This document shows, piece after piece, positions 18,725-28,629 of a stretch of DNA of 64,000 nt (position 1 is its first letter; each line of letters begins with the position of its first letter). The DNA comes from an uncultured Clostridia bacterium (GTDB lineage Bacteria > Bacillota > Limnochordia > DTU080 > RSA5): NCBI GenBank assembly GCA_964424335.1, contig CAYRIY010000004.1, positions 9,068-73,067 of the forward strand, written 5' to 3'. The translations under genes and the position numbers were made by a program. The notes beneath the pieces are model-generated. The model made no database searches. It saw only the letters and a list, made by a program, of their open reading frames with translations, and was not told where the DNA came from.

Positions 18725-19888
18725 TCATCCTATGGCAATGGGGCGCGCTCCGTTCTCCTTTGGTCTCCACGCGTATTTGAACAAGCGGCGAGCGGCGAGA
18801 GTACGGATTTCATCTTCGTCAAAGGGAAAGGGCTTGGCGTTCATCTCGAGGATCGCAAGGCGCCCGTCCGCTGTCGGAGCGATGTCTGCCGAGAACTCGA
18901 AAAACTCTTCTCCGCGGCTTTCTTCGATGGCTAAAGCCGCACGGCAGACGAGCGATTCGACCGCGCCGCGGTCGATGCCGCACATATCGGCGACCTCGGC
19001 GAAGGGAACAATATGGCCGCCGCGAACCGTGTGAGTCGACACGTGACCGGGAGGCGCCGCGCGGCCTGTTACGCCCGTCAGGCTCCAGCCGGCCTCGGTA
19101 CGTTGGACGAGCGCGCGCAGGTCGACTCGGCAGCCGTCGATCGACGGGAGATCGACGCCCTCTTGAGCAATGTACGGCGTGGAACGGACGAGGTCGCCTA
19201 AGAGCTGAGAAAGCGTTCGGCGTCCGCACAAGGTCTGTAAGGGGGGATCCGGAGTTGCCCGGTTCGACGTGATCAAATAATTTCCGCGGCCTTGAGCCGT
19301 ACCTGGTTCGATTCTGACGATGCCTCGCCCAAGGCTGCCGTCCTTGGGCTTGAGGTAGACGACGCCCCACGATCGCAAGGCGCTCATCGCGTCGTCCACG
19401 TCTTGAACAACCGCAAATCGGGGGGTCGCAACTTGCTTCGCGCCCAATGCGGATAGCGCCTCGTCTTTGGCCAAAAAGCCGGGATTAAAAAGGAGGCGAT
19501 TTATTCGAATTTGATCTAGGAGCCGCTGCATGGTCGGGCGCCTTTCGAGCGATCGGCGAGCCAGTCGGTTGTAGATGGCGTTTGGCAGCGGCGCCGTCAT
19601 CCGCTTCCACTCGGATCCGTCGAAATGCCATCCCGCCACCGAGTTTTCGCGCACGTTTATGCCGTTGGGGGTGAAAAACAAGGTGCGTCCCCACGTGGGG
19701 CCGAGGAGGCCTAGGTGCGCGTACGTGTGCTCAGGTGGGCGCCCAAGCTCAAACTCCCGTTCCGATAGTGGATCGATCAATACGCCAAGCGCGCGCTCAC
19801 AGTAAGTCACGGGAAAATCAACCTCCACCAAGCATTGATATGCCGGCGGGGCCCACCGAGGTGACCTGGCTTTTTTTAGTCCAGTCAT
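18725..19888 (-). CDS. YheC/YheD-family ATP-grasp protein (paralog 4)
   Basis: LLFNPGFLAKD, VYLKPKDGSLGRG, RVDLRALVQ, GVTGRAAPPG, EFSADIAPTADGRLAILEMNAKP. Confidence 0.7.
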   Translation of the reverse strand: MTGLKKARSPRWAPPAYQCLVEVDFPVTYCERALGVLIDPLSEREFELGRPPEHTYAHLGLLGPTWGRTLFFTPNGINVRENSVAGWHFDGSEWKRMTAPLPNAIYNRLARRSLERRPTMQRLLDQIRINRLLFNPGFLAKDEALSALGAKQVATPRFAVVQDVDDAMSALRSWGVVYLKPKDGSLGRGIVRIEPGTAQGRGNYLITSNRATPDPPLQTLCGRRTLSQLLGDLVRSTPYIAQEGVDLPSIDGCRVDLRALVQRTEAGWSLTGVTGRAAPPGHVSTHTVRGGHIVPFAEVADMCGIDRGAVESLVCRAALAIEESRGEEFFEFSADIAPTADGRLAILEMNAKPFPFDEDEIRTLAARRLFKYAWRPKENGARPIAIG

Positions 19889-19909
19889 TCGATTGTTATC
19901 TACAGTGCT

Positions 19910-21031
19910 TCATACGACGCTCTCGGCAACGCCTTGTGCGACGCCGCTCTTTTTGTACGCAAGGTGTCTTGCAAACTCGGCCGGAGAGCGATCCGCCATG
20001 CTTGCAGCCTCCGTCTCGCCGGCCCGGTGAAAGGAGATCCGTCCGGTCCGGGAGTTTGCCTCCAGGAGCCAGCATCTGTAGTCTTTATCGATTGCAAAAT
20101 CGATGCCGAGTTCTGCTACGAGGCGGGTCGTCTTGCTCGTCGCCTCCGCGGTTTCGATGGCGAGGCGCTTGATGCTCTCGATGATCTCTGCGACTTGATG
20201 ATCATCCGCGCCGGTTTCGGCCAAGATTTCGTGCAATTTGCGTGCGCTTCCCCCGGCGTGGATGTTTGTGACTTTGCTCCGTCGACCGCCAAGCCGTGCG
20301 ACGACTCCGGTGACGCGCCATTCTCCGTCGCCATGACGCTGAACGAGCGCCCGGATGTCGAAAGGCCTGCCGTCGTACTTTAGGACGTCGATCGCCATCT
20401 GGACGATGCGCGGCCTTCCGCCGCCGCAGCGTGCGCTCACGGCGCCGATCGTGCGGACCATGCCCGATCGGACGCCGCGCCCTCCATGAATCCGGTACCG
20501 ATACCCTCCGGGCACGCGCTTGACCCACGCCACGCCCTTTCCCTGACCGCCGTTGATCGGTTTTACGTATACTTCACCGTACTGTTTGAGCATCGAGTAG
20601 AGCGTCGTTTTCGTCAGCACGCGGGTTGGGGGGAGGATCGGGGCGAGGGTCGGGTTTTTCCGCCATACCTTGTACATGCCCCATTTGCCCGTGAGGCGGG
20701 TGTTGAACATCGGTATCTTCATGCGCGCAAAACGACGTCGGACCGAGGGAATGCCGGCGAGGTCCGCTCTGCCTTTGGGCGACACGCGGTCGAAGACGGC
20801 GTCGGGAAATCGGTAGATTCCTTTTCGCCATCGCCCGTTCACCATTGTCCAGCCTCGAATCCGCCTGCGCGACCAGAGGACGTCGCGCGGAGAGAAGATG
20901 AACACTTCGACCCCGATGGTCCTTGCTTCCTTGATCAACCTGCGAAAAAACGTGGTCTGCTCCTGATAGGGACGGGTCTTGGATGAACGCCTGGCACAAA
21001 GGACACCTAAATAGACGTCGGGTTGTGACAA
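19910..21031 (-). CDS. YheC/YheD-family ATP-grasp protein (paralog 5), first gene of the block
   Basis: A TTG start at 21031 is preceded by AAGGGGAG; the ORF as tracked from 21223 is probably over-extended. Signatures: YLGVL, MFNTRLTGKW, VYVKPINGGQGKG, PFDIRALVQ, NIHAGGSA, ELGIDFAIDKDYRCWLLEANSR. Confidence 0.65.
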   Translation of the reverse strand: MSQPDVYLGVLCARRSSKTRPYQEQTTFFRRLIKEARTIGVEVFIFSPRDVLWSRRRIRGWTMVNGRWRKGIYRFPDAVFDRVSPKGRADLAGIPSVRRRFARMKIPMFNTRLTGKWGMYKVWRKNPTLAPILPPTRVLTKTTLYSMLKQYGEVYVKPINGGQGKGVAWVKRVPGGYRYRIHGGRGVRSGMVRTIGAVSARCGGGRPRIVQMAIDVLKYDGRPFDIRALVQRHGDGEWRVTGVVARLGGRRSKVTNIHAGGSARKLHEILAETGADDHQVAEIIESIKRLAIETAEATSKTTRLVAELGIDFAIDKDYRCWLLEANSRTGRISFHRAGETEAASMADRSPAEFARHLAYKKSGVAQGVAESVV

Positions 21032-21247
21032 ACTGGAGCTCCCCTTGAGGCGGGCAGCGCCCTGGCGACACGAAACCTTTTTCGAAAACACGCGGCGAGG
21101 GCAGGGCGCGGCGAGCACGCGTTTTGGCTGTGGCAGGAGCAATGTACGCTTGAGCGAAGGCTGTTGGATACAACCCGGCGCTCCTATTTTCGAGAAGTTC
21201 GACTTCCGAACAATGGGGCGCAAACAACGTTAATGTTCGTCTTTTGC

Positions 21248-21276
21248 TTGACGCATACCGGACAACGTGCTAACAT
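21248..21276 (+). promoter_or_regulatory. Candidate sigma-A-type promoter for purB and downstream genes (TTGACG, 17-nt spacer, TAACAT)
   Basis: The motif sits ~95 nt upstream of purB in the divergent intergenic region shared with the minus-strand block. It is flanked by two inverted ACGAACATT(A/C)AAC PurBox-like motifs at 21229-21240 and 21298-21310. Confidence 0.3.
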
Positions 21277-21368
21277 TGGGCCGTATCGCCACGAAAACAC
21301 GAACATTCAACCGGGACCTTACGTCCCTCGTCACGTGAGCGAGCTGGGCCCGGTGAGGAGGTAGACCT

Positions 21369-22763
21369 GTGGAGCGCAACGTGTTCTCCTCCATCAGTCC
21401 ACTCGACCATCGCTATTACGTCAGCTCGCCCGAGCTGTTTGACCGTTTGTCACAATACTTGTCCGAAGAAGCCACGATTGCATATCAGGCCCGGGTCGAG
21501 GCCGCGCTCGTCAAGGCGCTGGTCCGCAAGGGGATTTGTCCTCAGTCTGTGAGCGACGAGGTGGAGGCGGCGATCAGAGCCGTTCGTCCCGACGAGGTCT
21601 ACGAGGAAGAGCGCAAGACTCACCACAACATCCGAGCGCTCGTCAATGTCATCCGCTCCAAGGTCTCAGACGAGGCCAAGCCTTTCGTTCACTTCACCGC
21701 CACGTCCATGGACATCACGGACACAGCCCGATCGCTTCAGTACCGCGACGTGACCGAGCACGTACTGCTCCCGCAGCTCAAAGAGCTGATGAACGTGTTG
21801 ATCGCGCTCGCAAGACGAGAGGCGGACCGCGTCCAAGTGGGCCGGACACACGGTCAACACGCCGTGCCGATCACCTTTGGCTTTGCCGTGGCGGAGTACG
21901 TGAGCCGCCTTGGCGGTCGCATCGAGCTGATCGCACGGAGCGCGGCGGCGCTAAGAGGCAAGATGGCCGGGGCGGTCGGAGCGTACAACGCCTCGCGGCT
22001 CTTTTTTGACGACCCGGAGGCGTTTGAGGCCGATGTCCTCGGAGAACTTGGAATGGAAGCCGCCGATCACGCGACGCAGATCGTCGAACCCGAGTACGTC
22101 GCGGATTTCATCCATGCGATCGTCAGCGCATTTGGCGTTCTCGCCAACTTCGCAGATGACATCCGCCACTTGCAGCGCACCGAGATCGGAGAAGTGGGCG
22201 AAGCGTTCGACGTCCACCAAGTCGGATCGTCGACGATGCCTCACAAGCGAAATCCTTGGAACTACGAGCACGTGAAGAGTTTGTGGAAGACGTTCGCACC
22301 GAGGATGCAGACGATCTACCTCGATCAGATCTCCGAGCACCAGCGGGACCTTACCAATTCGGCGTCGGCCAGATTCACGGCCGAGCTGATTGCGGGCTTC
22401 GCGGCGGCCGTCGACCGGTTGACCCGGGTGACCAAAAAACTCGTGGTCGACCATGGTCGTATGGAGCAAAACTTCCAAAGCACCCAAGGGTACGTCATCG
22501 CGGAGCCGCTCTACATTCTCCTCGCCGCGTGCGGCCATCCCGATGCACACGAAGCGGTGCGCAAACTCACCCTCAAGTCAGAGCAAAACGAAGGCTCCCT
22601 CTACGACTTGGCGAAAGCGGACCCGGAGTTGCGGCCGTACGTAGAGCGTTTCACGCCCGAACAGGCGCGGGTGCTGCAGGACCCCAGAGAGTACGTGGGA
22701 ATCGCGGCGAGTAAAGCGCGGAAAGTCTGCGACCGGTGGGAAGCCCGGATGGCAAGCATCTAG
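21369..22763 (+). CDS. purB: Adenylosuccinate lyase
   Basis: SPLDHRY (compare E. coli PurB SPVDGRY) and the fumarase/lyase signature region GSSTMPHKRNP. Confidence 0.9.
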   Translation: MERNVFSSISPLDHRYYVSSPELFDRLSQYLSEEATIAYQARVEAALVKALVRKGICPQSVSDEVEAAIRAVRPDEVYEEERKTHHNIRALVNVIRSKVSDEAKPFVHFTATSMDITDTARSLQYRDVTEHVLLPQLKELMNVLIALARREADRVQVGRTHGQHAVPITFGFAVAEYVSRLGGRIELIARSAAALRGKMAGAVGAYNASRLFFDDPEAFEADVLGELGMEAADHATQIVEPEYVADFIHAIVSAFGVLANFADDIRHLQRTEIGEVGEAFDVHQVGSSTMPHKRNPWNYEHVKSLWKTFAPRMQTIYLDQISEHQRDLTNSASARFTAELIAGFAAAVDRLTRVTKKLVVDHGRMEQNFQSTQGYVIAEPLYILLAACGHPDAHEAVRKLTLKSEQNEGSLYDLAKADPELRPYVERFTPEQARVLQDPREYVGIAASKARKVCDRWEARMASI

Positions 22764-22823
22764 GCCTCTTACATGGCGCGAAGTTCAGGCGCCCACAGCG
22801 AACAACAAAGGAGCGCTGCCAGC

Positions 22824-23075
22824 ATGACGTATCGAGCGAAAGTTTACGTGACGTTGAAAGAAGGCGTGCTCGACCCGCAGGGAAACGCGGTTCGACAAGG
22901 ATTGAACTCGTTGGGTCACTCGGTGCAGGACGTTCGGGTCGGACGGTTTATCGTGCTCACCCTAGAGGCCGAGGATGAAGCGTCGGCCAAGGCCCAGGTC
23001 GAGGAGATGTGCCGCCGCCTCCTGGCAAACCCTGTAATCGAAGATTACACGTTCGATACGCCCGAGGAGGTGTAG
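22824..23075 (+). CDS. purS: FGAM synthase PurS subunit
   Basis: The ATG at 22824 is preceded by AAAGGAG. MTYRAKVYVTLKEGVLDPQG...VGRFIVLTLEA matches PurS. Confidence 0.85.
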   Translation: MTYRAKVYVTLKEGVLDPQGNAVRQGLNSLGHSVQDVRVGRFIVLTLEAEDEASAKAQVEEMCRRLLANPVIEDYTFDTPEEV

Positions 23076-23081
23076 CGCGCC

Positions 23082-23798
23082 TTGCGATTTGCGGTTTTGG
23101 TTTTCCCCGGTTCAAATTGCGATTCGGACTGTTTCAACACGCTCAAAGAGTTTGAGGGCGCCGAAGTCGAGTACGTGTGGCATCAGGAGACCGACATCGA
23201 CCGCTTTGACGCCGTAATTTTGCCCGGTGGATTTTCGTACGGCGACTATTTGAGACCGGGGGCGATTGCGCGCTTCTCACCGGTCATGGGCGCCGTAGCG
23301 AAGTACGCCGATCGGGGCGGGCTGGTCCTTGGAATTTGCAATGGCTTTCAGATTTTGTGCGAAGCCGGGCTGCTTCCTGGGGCGTTGGTTCGCAATGCGT
23401 CGCGCCGGTTTCACTGCGAGATGCGCCCGATACGGGTCGAGCGAAACGACACGCCGTTTACCAATGCTTGTGCGGATGGCGAAACGCTCCTCATGCCCAT
23501 CGCTCACGCGGAAGGGCGGTACTACGCAGACCCGGAGACGCTTGCTCGCTTGGAGGCCAATCGGCAAGTCATCTTTCGCTACGTCGACGAAAACGGGGAG
23601 GCGACGCCTGCCGGAAATCCGAACGGGTCGCTCGCAAACATCGCCGGCATTTCGAGCGAGCGCGGCAATGTGGTCGGACTGATGCCTCATCCCGAACGAA
23701 ACGCGGACACGATTTTAGGCGACGGGAGCGGCCGCAAAGTCCTCTTGTCGCTCGCAAGGGCGGTTTCTGGAGTTGAGAGGGGGCAGTTTGTCCGATGA
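23082..23798 (+). CDS. purQ: FGAM synthase glutaminase subunit
   Basis: [14 protein letters not shown]...GGFSYGDY...GICNGFQ...HPER is a class-I GATase. Confidence 0.9.
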   Translation: MRFAVLVFPGSNCDSDCFNTLKEFEGAEVEYVWHQETDIDRFDAVILPGGFSYGDYLRPGAIARFSPVMGAVAKYADRGGLVLGICNGFQILCEAGLLPGALVRNASRRFHCEMRPIRVERNDTPFTNACADGETLLMPIAHAEGRYYADPETLARLEANRQVIFRYVDENGEATPAGNPNGSLANIAGISSERGNVVGLMPHPERNADTILGDGSGRKVLLSLARAVSGVERGQFVR

Positions 23799-26059
23799 GC
23801 TACCCGGACGGCGCTTGGAGAGAGATGGGCCTCAAGGACAGCGAGTTTGAGCTCATTATTGAGGCGCTCGGCAGGCGGCCCAACTGGACTGAGCTCGGCA
23901 TGTACGCCGTGCTTTGGTCCGAACACTGCGCGTACAAACACTCGCGGCCGCTCTTTCACCTTTTCCCGACGGAAGGGGAACAAATTCTTCAAGGCGTCGG
24001 CGAGAACGCCGGCGTCGTAGACATCGGAGACGGCCTTGCCGTCACGTTCAAGGTGGAGTCCCACAACCACCCGTCGGCCATCGAGCCGTACCAAGGGGCT
24101 GCGACCGGCGTCGGCGGCATTTTGCGCGACATTTTCACGATGGGCGCTCGGCCCATCGCGGTCCTCAATTCGCTCAGGTTTGGACCTCTAGACAGCGATA
24201 GGGTGCGTTATCTCTTTGAGGGCGTCGTCTCCGGCATCGCCGGCTACGGCAACGCGGTGGGTGTGCCGACGGTCGGCGGAGAGATCGCATTCGACGATGC
24301 GTACGCCGGCAACCCCCTCGTCAATGCGATGGCCGTCGGGCTCGTCCCTCACAAACACGTGCAGACGGCCGCGGCAAAAGGCGTAGGCAACCCTGTGATG
24401 GTCGTGGGCGCACGGACCGGTCGGGACGGCATCCACGGCGCGAGCTTCGCCTCGGCGGAACTCACCGAGGAGTCCGAGTCCAAGCGGCCCTCCGTCCAGG
24501 TGGGAGATCCCTTCACGGAAAAGCTCTTGATCGAGGCGTGCATGGAGTTAATCGAGTCCGGCGTCGTCGTCGGCATTCAGGACATGGGCGCCGCCGGCCT
24601 TACGAGCTCGTCGGCGGAGATGGCGGCGCGGGCCGGTTCAGGCATCGAGATGGACATCTTGAAAGTGCCAAGGCGCGAGCCCGGCATGAGCGCGTACGAG
24701 ATCATGCTCTCCGAGTCGCAAGAGCGCATGCTGGTCGTTCCCAAGAAAGGCGCCGAGGACGAGGTAAAGCGGATCTTCGCGAAATGGGGCCTCGAGGCGG
24801 TCGTGGTCGGAAGAGTGACCGATGACGGGATGCTGAGGATCAAAGAGGGCGATCAAGTGGTCGCGGAGGTCCCGGCAAAGTCCTTGTCGACGGATGGCGC
24901 TCCGAGCTATCGCCCGGAGGAAAGGCGACCCGCCTACATCGATGAACTGGTCAACGCTCCCATTCCCGACGACATTGAAGGAGACGCGGGTCAGATCCTC
25001 AAGACGCTGCTCTCCGATCCGAACATCGCAAACAAAGCGTGGGTTTACCGACAGTTCGACCACATGGTGCAGACCCGCACTGCGGTGCCGCCCGGCGTCG
25101 CAGACGCAGCGGTGCTGCGGCTGCGAGAGAGCGGGAAAGGGCTCGCCATGAGCATCGACTGCAACGCGCTCCACTGCTATGTCGATCCCAAGACGGGCGC
25201 AGCGGCGGCGGTCGCCGAAGCGGCGCGAAATCTCGTGTGCACCGGCGCTCGGCCTCTTGCTTTGACCGATGGGATGAACTTCGGCAATCCGGAAAAGCCC
25301 GAAGTGTACTGGCAGCTTCATCGATCCGTCGAAGGGATTGCGATGGCGGCGCGCGCGCTCGGCACGCCGGTGACGGGCGGCAACGTGAGCCTTTACAACG
25401 AGTCGGAAGGGAGCGCGATTCCTCCGACGCCCATCATCGGTATGGTCGGCTTGCTCGAACGGGTCGAGGCGCGCCTTACGCAAGGGTTCAAAGAGCCGGG
25501 AGACATCGTTTACCTGCTTGGCGAACACTGCGGCGAGCTTGGCGGCAGCCGCTATTTGAAAGCGCTCCACGACGTCATCAAAGGTCCTCTCCCGCCGCTT
25601 GACCTCGAGCTCGAGCGGCGCGTCCAAGAGGCCTGTCTTGCGGCGGCCGGCAAGGGGTATTTGAAGTCCGCTCACGACTGCTCCGAAGGCGGGCTTGCCG
25701 TGGCGCTTGCGGAGTCTTGCCTCACGGGACGATTGGGCGTGCGCGTGCAGTGGGAGCCGGCGGCGGGTCTTCGTTTGGATGCTCAGCTCTTTGGGGAAGG
25801 GTATAGCCGCATCGTGGTCACGGTAGCGCCTTCCGACGTCGAGGCGTTCGAGTCCCTTTTGGCGGACGCAGGCGTTCCCTGGAGCCGCATCGGTGTCGTC
25901 ACCGCCCTCGAGGACGGTTACGCGCTTGAGGTTGGCGGTGTGCACATCAAGGAAGGTCTGGCCGACCTTGCAGACTGTTGGTACGGCAGCCTACCCCGGG
26001 CGATGGATGGCGCCGAGGCCGCGAGCGGCTTTGTGCCTCCGGCGCTTGCAAGAGCGTAG
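23795..26059 (+). CDS. purL: FGAM synthase large subunit
   Basis: 754 aa with a PurM-like duplicated fold ([21 protein letters not shown]). Confidence 0.9.
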   Translation: MSYPDGAWREMGLKDSEFELIIEALGRRPNWTELGMYAVLWSEHCAYKHSRPLFHLFPTEGEQILQGVGENAGVVDIGDGLAVTFKVESHNHPSAIEPYQGAATGVGGILRDIFTMGARPIAVLNSLRFGPLDSDRVRYLFEGVVSGIAGYGNAVGVPTVGGEIAFDDAYAGNPLVNAMAVGLVPHKHVQTAAAKGVGNPVMVVGARTGRDGIHGASFASAELTEESESKRPSVQVGDPFTEKLLIEACMELIESGVVVGIQDMGAAGLTSSSAEMAARAGSGIEMDILKVPRREPGMSAYEIMLSESQERMLVVPKKGAEDEVKRIFAKWGLEAVVVGRVTDDGMLRIKEGDQVVAEVPAKSLSTDGAPSYRPEERRPAYIDELVNAPIPDDIEGDAGQILKTLLSDPNIANKAWVYRQFDHMVQTRTAVPPGVADAAVLRLRESGKGLAMSIDCNALHCYVDPKTGAAAAVAEAARNLVCTGARPLALTDGMNFGNPEKPEVYWQLHRSVEGIAMAARALGTPVTGGNVSLYNESEGSAIPPTPIIGMVGLLERVEARLTQGFKEPGDIVYLLGEHCGELGGSRYLKALHDVIKGPLPPLDLELERRVQEACLAAAGKGYLKSAHDCSEGGLAVALAESCLTGRLGVRVQWEPAAGLRLDAQLFGEGYSRIVVTVAPSDVEAFESLLADAGVPWSRIGVVTALEDGYALEVGGVHIKEGLADLADCWYGSLPRAMDGAEAASGFVPPALARA

Positions 26060-26126
26060 TGTAGACCGGCGCCTCTTTCACGTTTGATGAGGAGGCGCGC
26101 TTTTCGTTGCAAAGGGAGGGCCTACC

Positions 26127-27557
26127 ATGTGCGGCATATTTGGGATGTTTAGTCGTGGCCCGGTCGACGCGGCCGGATTGACGTACCTTGGACTTTACGC
26201 CCTGCAGCACCGAGGCCAGGAGAGCGCCGGCATCGTGGTCTCCGACACGCAGCGCATGCGGCTCCACAAGGCGATGGGGCTCGTTCCCAACGTCTTTGAC
26301 GACGCCGCTTTGGAATCAATGCCGGGCCGGATCAGCATCGGTCACGTCCGCTATTCGACGACCGGCGCCCCGCACATCGCGAACGCGCAGCCGCTCCTTG
26401 CTTTTTCGCGCCACGGGCAATTGGCGCTCGCCCACAACGGCAACCTGACGAATACCAACCTGCTCCGACATGAGCTTCTCGCGTCGGGATCGGCCTTTCA
26501 GACGACGACGGACAGCGAGGTAATCATCAATCTCATCGCGGCCGGAAACCACGACGAACCGCTCGAAGATGCCGTGCTCCGGACGGTGCGGCGGATCTCC
26601 GGAGGGTTTGCCATCGTGTTGATGACGAACGACGCGCTGATCGGCATCCGTGATCCCCTTGGCATCCGGCCGCTTTCGATCGGACGCATGGGGGACGATT
26701 GGTTTTTCTCCTCCGAGTCGTGCGCCTTCGACATCGTCGGCGCAGATCTCGTACGAGACGTGCGGCCCGGCGAGATGGCGATCATCGACGAGCATGGATT
26801 GCGGTCTGTTCAGTTTGCTCCCGCGAGCAAAGACGCGTTTTGCATTTTCGAATTCATCTACTTTGCGAGGCCCGACAGCGTGATCGACGGAAAGAGCGTC
26901 CATGAGGTGCGCAAGGAGATCGGCCGACGCCTTGCAGACCAGCGCCGGATCGACGCTGATCTCGTCGTGCCCGCGCCCGACTCCGCCATGTCGGCGGCCC
27001 TCGGTTACGCGGAGCGATCGGGCATTCCATTTGACATTGGACTTGCGAAAAACCGGTATGTGGGGCGCACATTCATTCAACCGACGCCGTCGATGCGTCG
27101 GACAGGCGTGCGCATCAAGCTTAATCCGATTTCCGAAACGGTGCGGGGTAAGCGCGTCATCCTCGTCGATGACTCGATCGTGCGAGGAACGACGAGCCAA
27201 AAGACGATCCAGCTCCTGCGCGAGGCCGGCGCCGCCAAGGTTCACATGGCCGTCGCGTCGCCTCCGTTTTCCCATCCGTGCCTTTATGGAATCGACGTGC
27301 CCACCGGCGACGAACTGATCGCATACCACCGTTCCGTCGATGAGGTCTGTCGACTGATCGGCGCGGACTCGCTCGATTACCTCAATTTCAATTCGCTGTA
27401 CGAAGCGGTCGGCATTTCGGGCGATCGACTGTGCACGGCATGTTTTGGCGGCGGATATCCGACTGAGATCGAACCTGAGCATTTTGACGTCCCGGATCTC
27501 CTCGAGGACAAGAGAGGACGCGCCGTATCGGCGCCCATGGACGGAAGTAACCGGTAG
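26127..27557 (+). CDS. purF: Amidophosphoribosyltransferase
   Basis: N-terminal MCGIFG (Ntn Cys) and a PRTase domain (VILVDDSIVRGTT). Confidence 0.9.
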   Translation: MCGIFGMFSRGPVDAAGLTYLGLYALQHRGQESAGIVVSDTQRMRLHKAMGLVPNVFDDAALESMPGRISIGHVRYSTTGAPHIANAQPLLAFSRHGQLALAHNGNLTNTNLLRHELLASGSAFQTTTDSEVIINLIAAGNHDEPLEDAVLRTVRRISGGFAIVLMTNDALIGIRDPLGIRPLSIGRMGDDWFFSSESCAFDIVGADLVRDVRPGEMAIIDEHGLRSVQFAPASKDAFCIFEFIYFARPDSVIDGKSVHEVRKEIGRRLADQRRIDADLVVPAPDSAMSAALGYAERSGIPFDIGLAKNRYVGRTFIQPTPSMRRTGVRIKLNPISETVRGKRVILVDDSIVRGTTSQKTIQLLREAGAAKVHMAVASPPFSHPCLYGIDVPTGDELIAYHRSVDEVCRLIGADSLDYLNFNSLYEAVGISGDRLCTACFGGGYPTEIEPEHFDVPDLLEDKRGRAVSAPMDGSNR

Positions 27558-27594
27558 ATGTTCAACGACTATTTGCAAAGGAATCGGTGCGCAT

Positions 27595-28629
27595 ATGAAC
27601 GACCAGACCAGCTATAAGGCTTCAGGCGTCGACATCGAGGCCGGATACGAAGCGGTCCGCCGTATCCAAGAGCACACGAAATCTACGTTTCGCCCCGAAG
27701 TGCTGCGGGGCATCGGGTCATTTGGCAGCTTTTTCGCGCTCGATACGGCTAAGTACAAAGAGCCCGTGCTCGTCTCCGGCGCGGACGGCGTCGGAACGAA
27801 GTTGAAGATCGCATTCATGATGGACAAGCACGACACCATCGGCATCGACGCAGTCGCCTACTGCGTGAACGACATCGTCTGCCAAGGTGCCGAACCCCTC
27901 TTCTTCCTGGATTACCTCGCACTCGGGAAGCTGGACCCCATGATGGTCGAAGCGATCGTATCCGGTGTGGCAAAGGGGTGCCGCGAAGCCGGCTGCTCTT
28001 TGGTAGGAGGTGAGACGGCGGAAATGCCGGGCTTTTACGCGACTGGCGAGTACGACTTGGCGGGCTTTGCCGTGGGCGTGGTCGAGCGCGACGCCGTGAT
28101 CGACGGCAGCCGCGTGCGCGCAGGCGACGTCGTGGTAGGCATCGCCTCGACCGGACTGCAAAGCAGCGGCTTCTCGCTCGTGCGCCACATCTGCTTCGAG
28201 CGGGCACGGCTCAGCGTTGAGACGCATGTCGAGGCGCTCGGGCGGACGCTCGGCGAAGAGCTCTTGGAGCCGACGGGAATTTATGTGCCCGCAATTTTGA
28301 GCCTCATTTCCAAGTTTGACGTGAAAGGCATTGCCAACATTTCCGGCGGCGGATTGCCGGAAAACCTGCCCCGATCGGTCGGACAAGGGCTCGAGATCGT
28401 CGTGCGAAAAGGTTCGTGGGAGACGCCTCCGGTCTTTCCCTGGCTCCAATCGCTCGGCAACGTCGACGAAGCGGAGATGTTCAAGACGTTCAACATGGGC
28501 GTCGGCATGGCTGTCATCGTCTCACAAGGAGACGTGGATGCGGTCATTGCACAGCTTGCTTCGCTGGGCTGGCGATCATGGCCGATCGGTGAGATTCGGG
28601 CGGGCGAGGGAGGCGTCGTGTTCTCGTGA
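27595..28629 (+). CDS. purM: AIR synthetase
   Basis: Start at MNDQTSYKASGVDIEAGYEAV. Also DAVAYCVNDIVCQGAEPLFFLDY. Confidence 0.9.
   Translation: MNDQTSYKASGVDIEAGYEAVRRIQEHTKSTFRPEVLRGIGSFGSFFALDTAKYKEPVLVSGADGVGTKLKIAFMMDKHDTIGIDAVAYCVNDIVCQGAEPLFFLDYLALGKLDPMMVEAIVSGVAKGCREAGCSLVGGETAEMPGFYATGEYDLAGFAVGVVERDAVIDGSRVRAGDVVVGIASTGLQSSGFSLVRHICFERARLSVETHVEALGRTLGEELLEPTGIYVPAILSLISKFDVKGIANISGGGLPENLPRSVGQGLEIVVRKGSWETPPVFPWLQSLGNVDEAEMFKTFNMGVGMAVIVSQGDVDAVIAQLASLGWRSWPIGEIRAGEGGVVFS

Noticed and set aside
19910-21223. Longer 437-aa version of the first block gene
   Set aside because: The N-terminal ~64 aa (MRPIVRKSNFSKIGAPGC...) have no family similarity. A TTG at 21031 with an AAGGGGAG RBS gives a YheC-like N-terminus.
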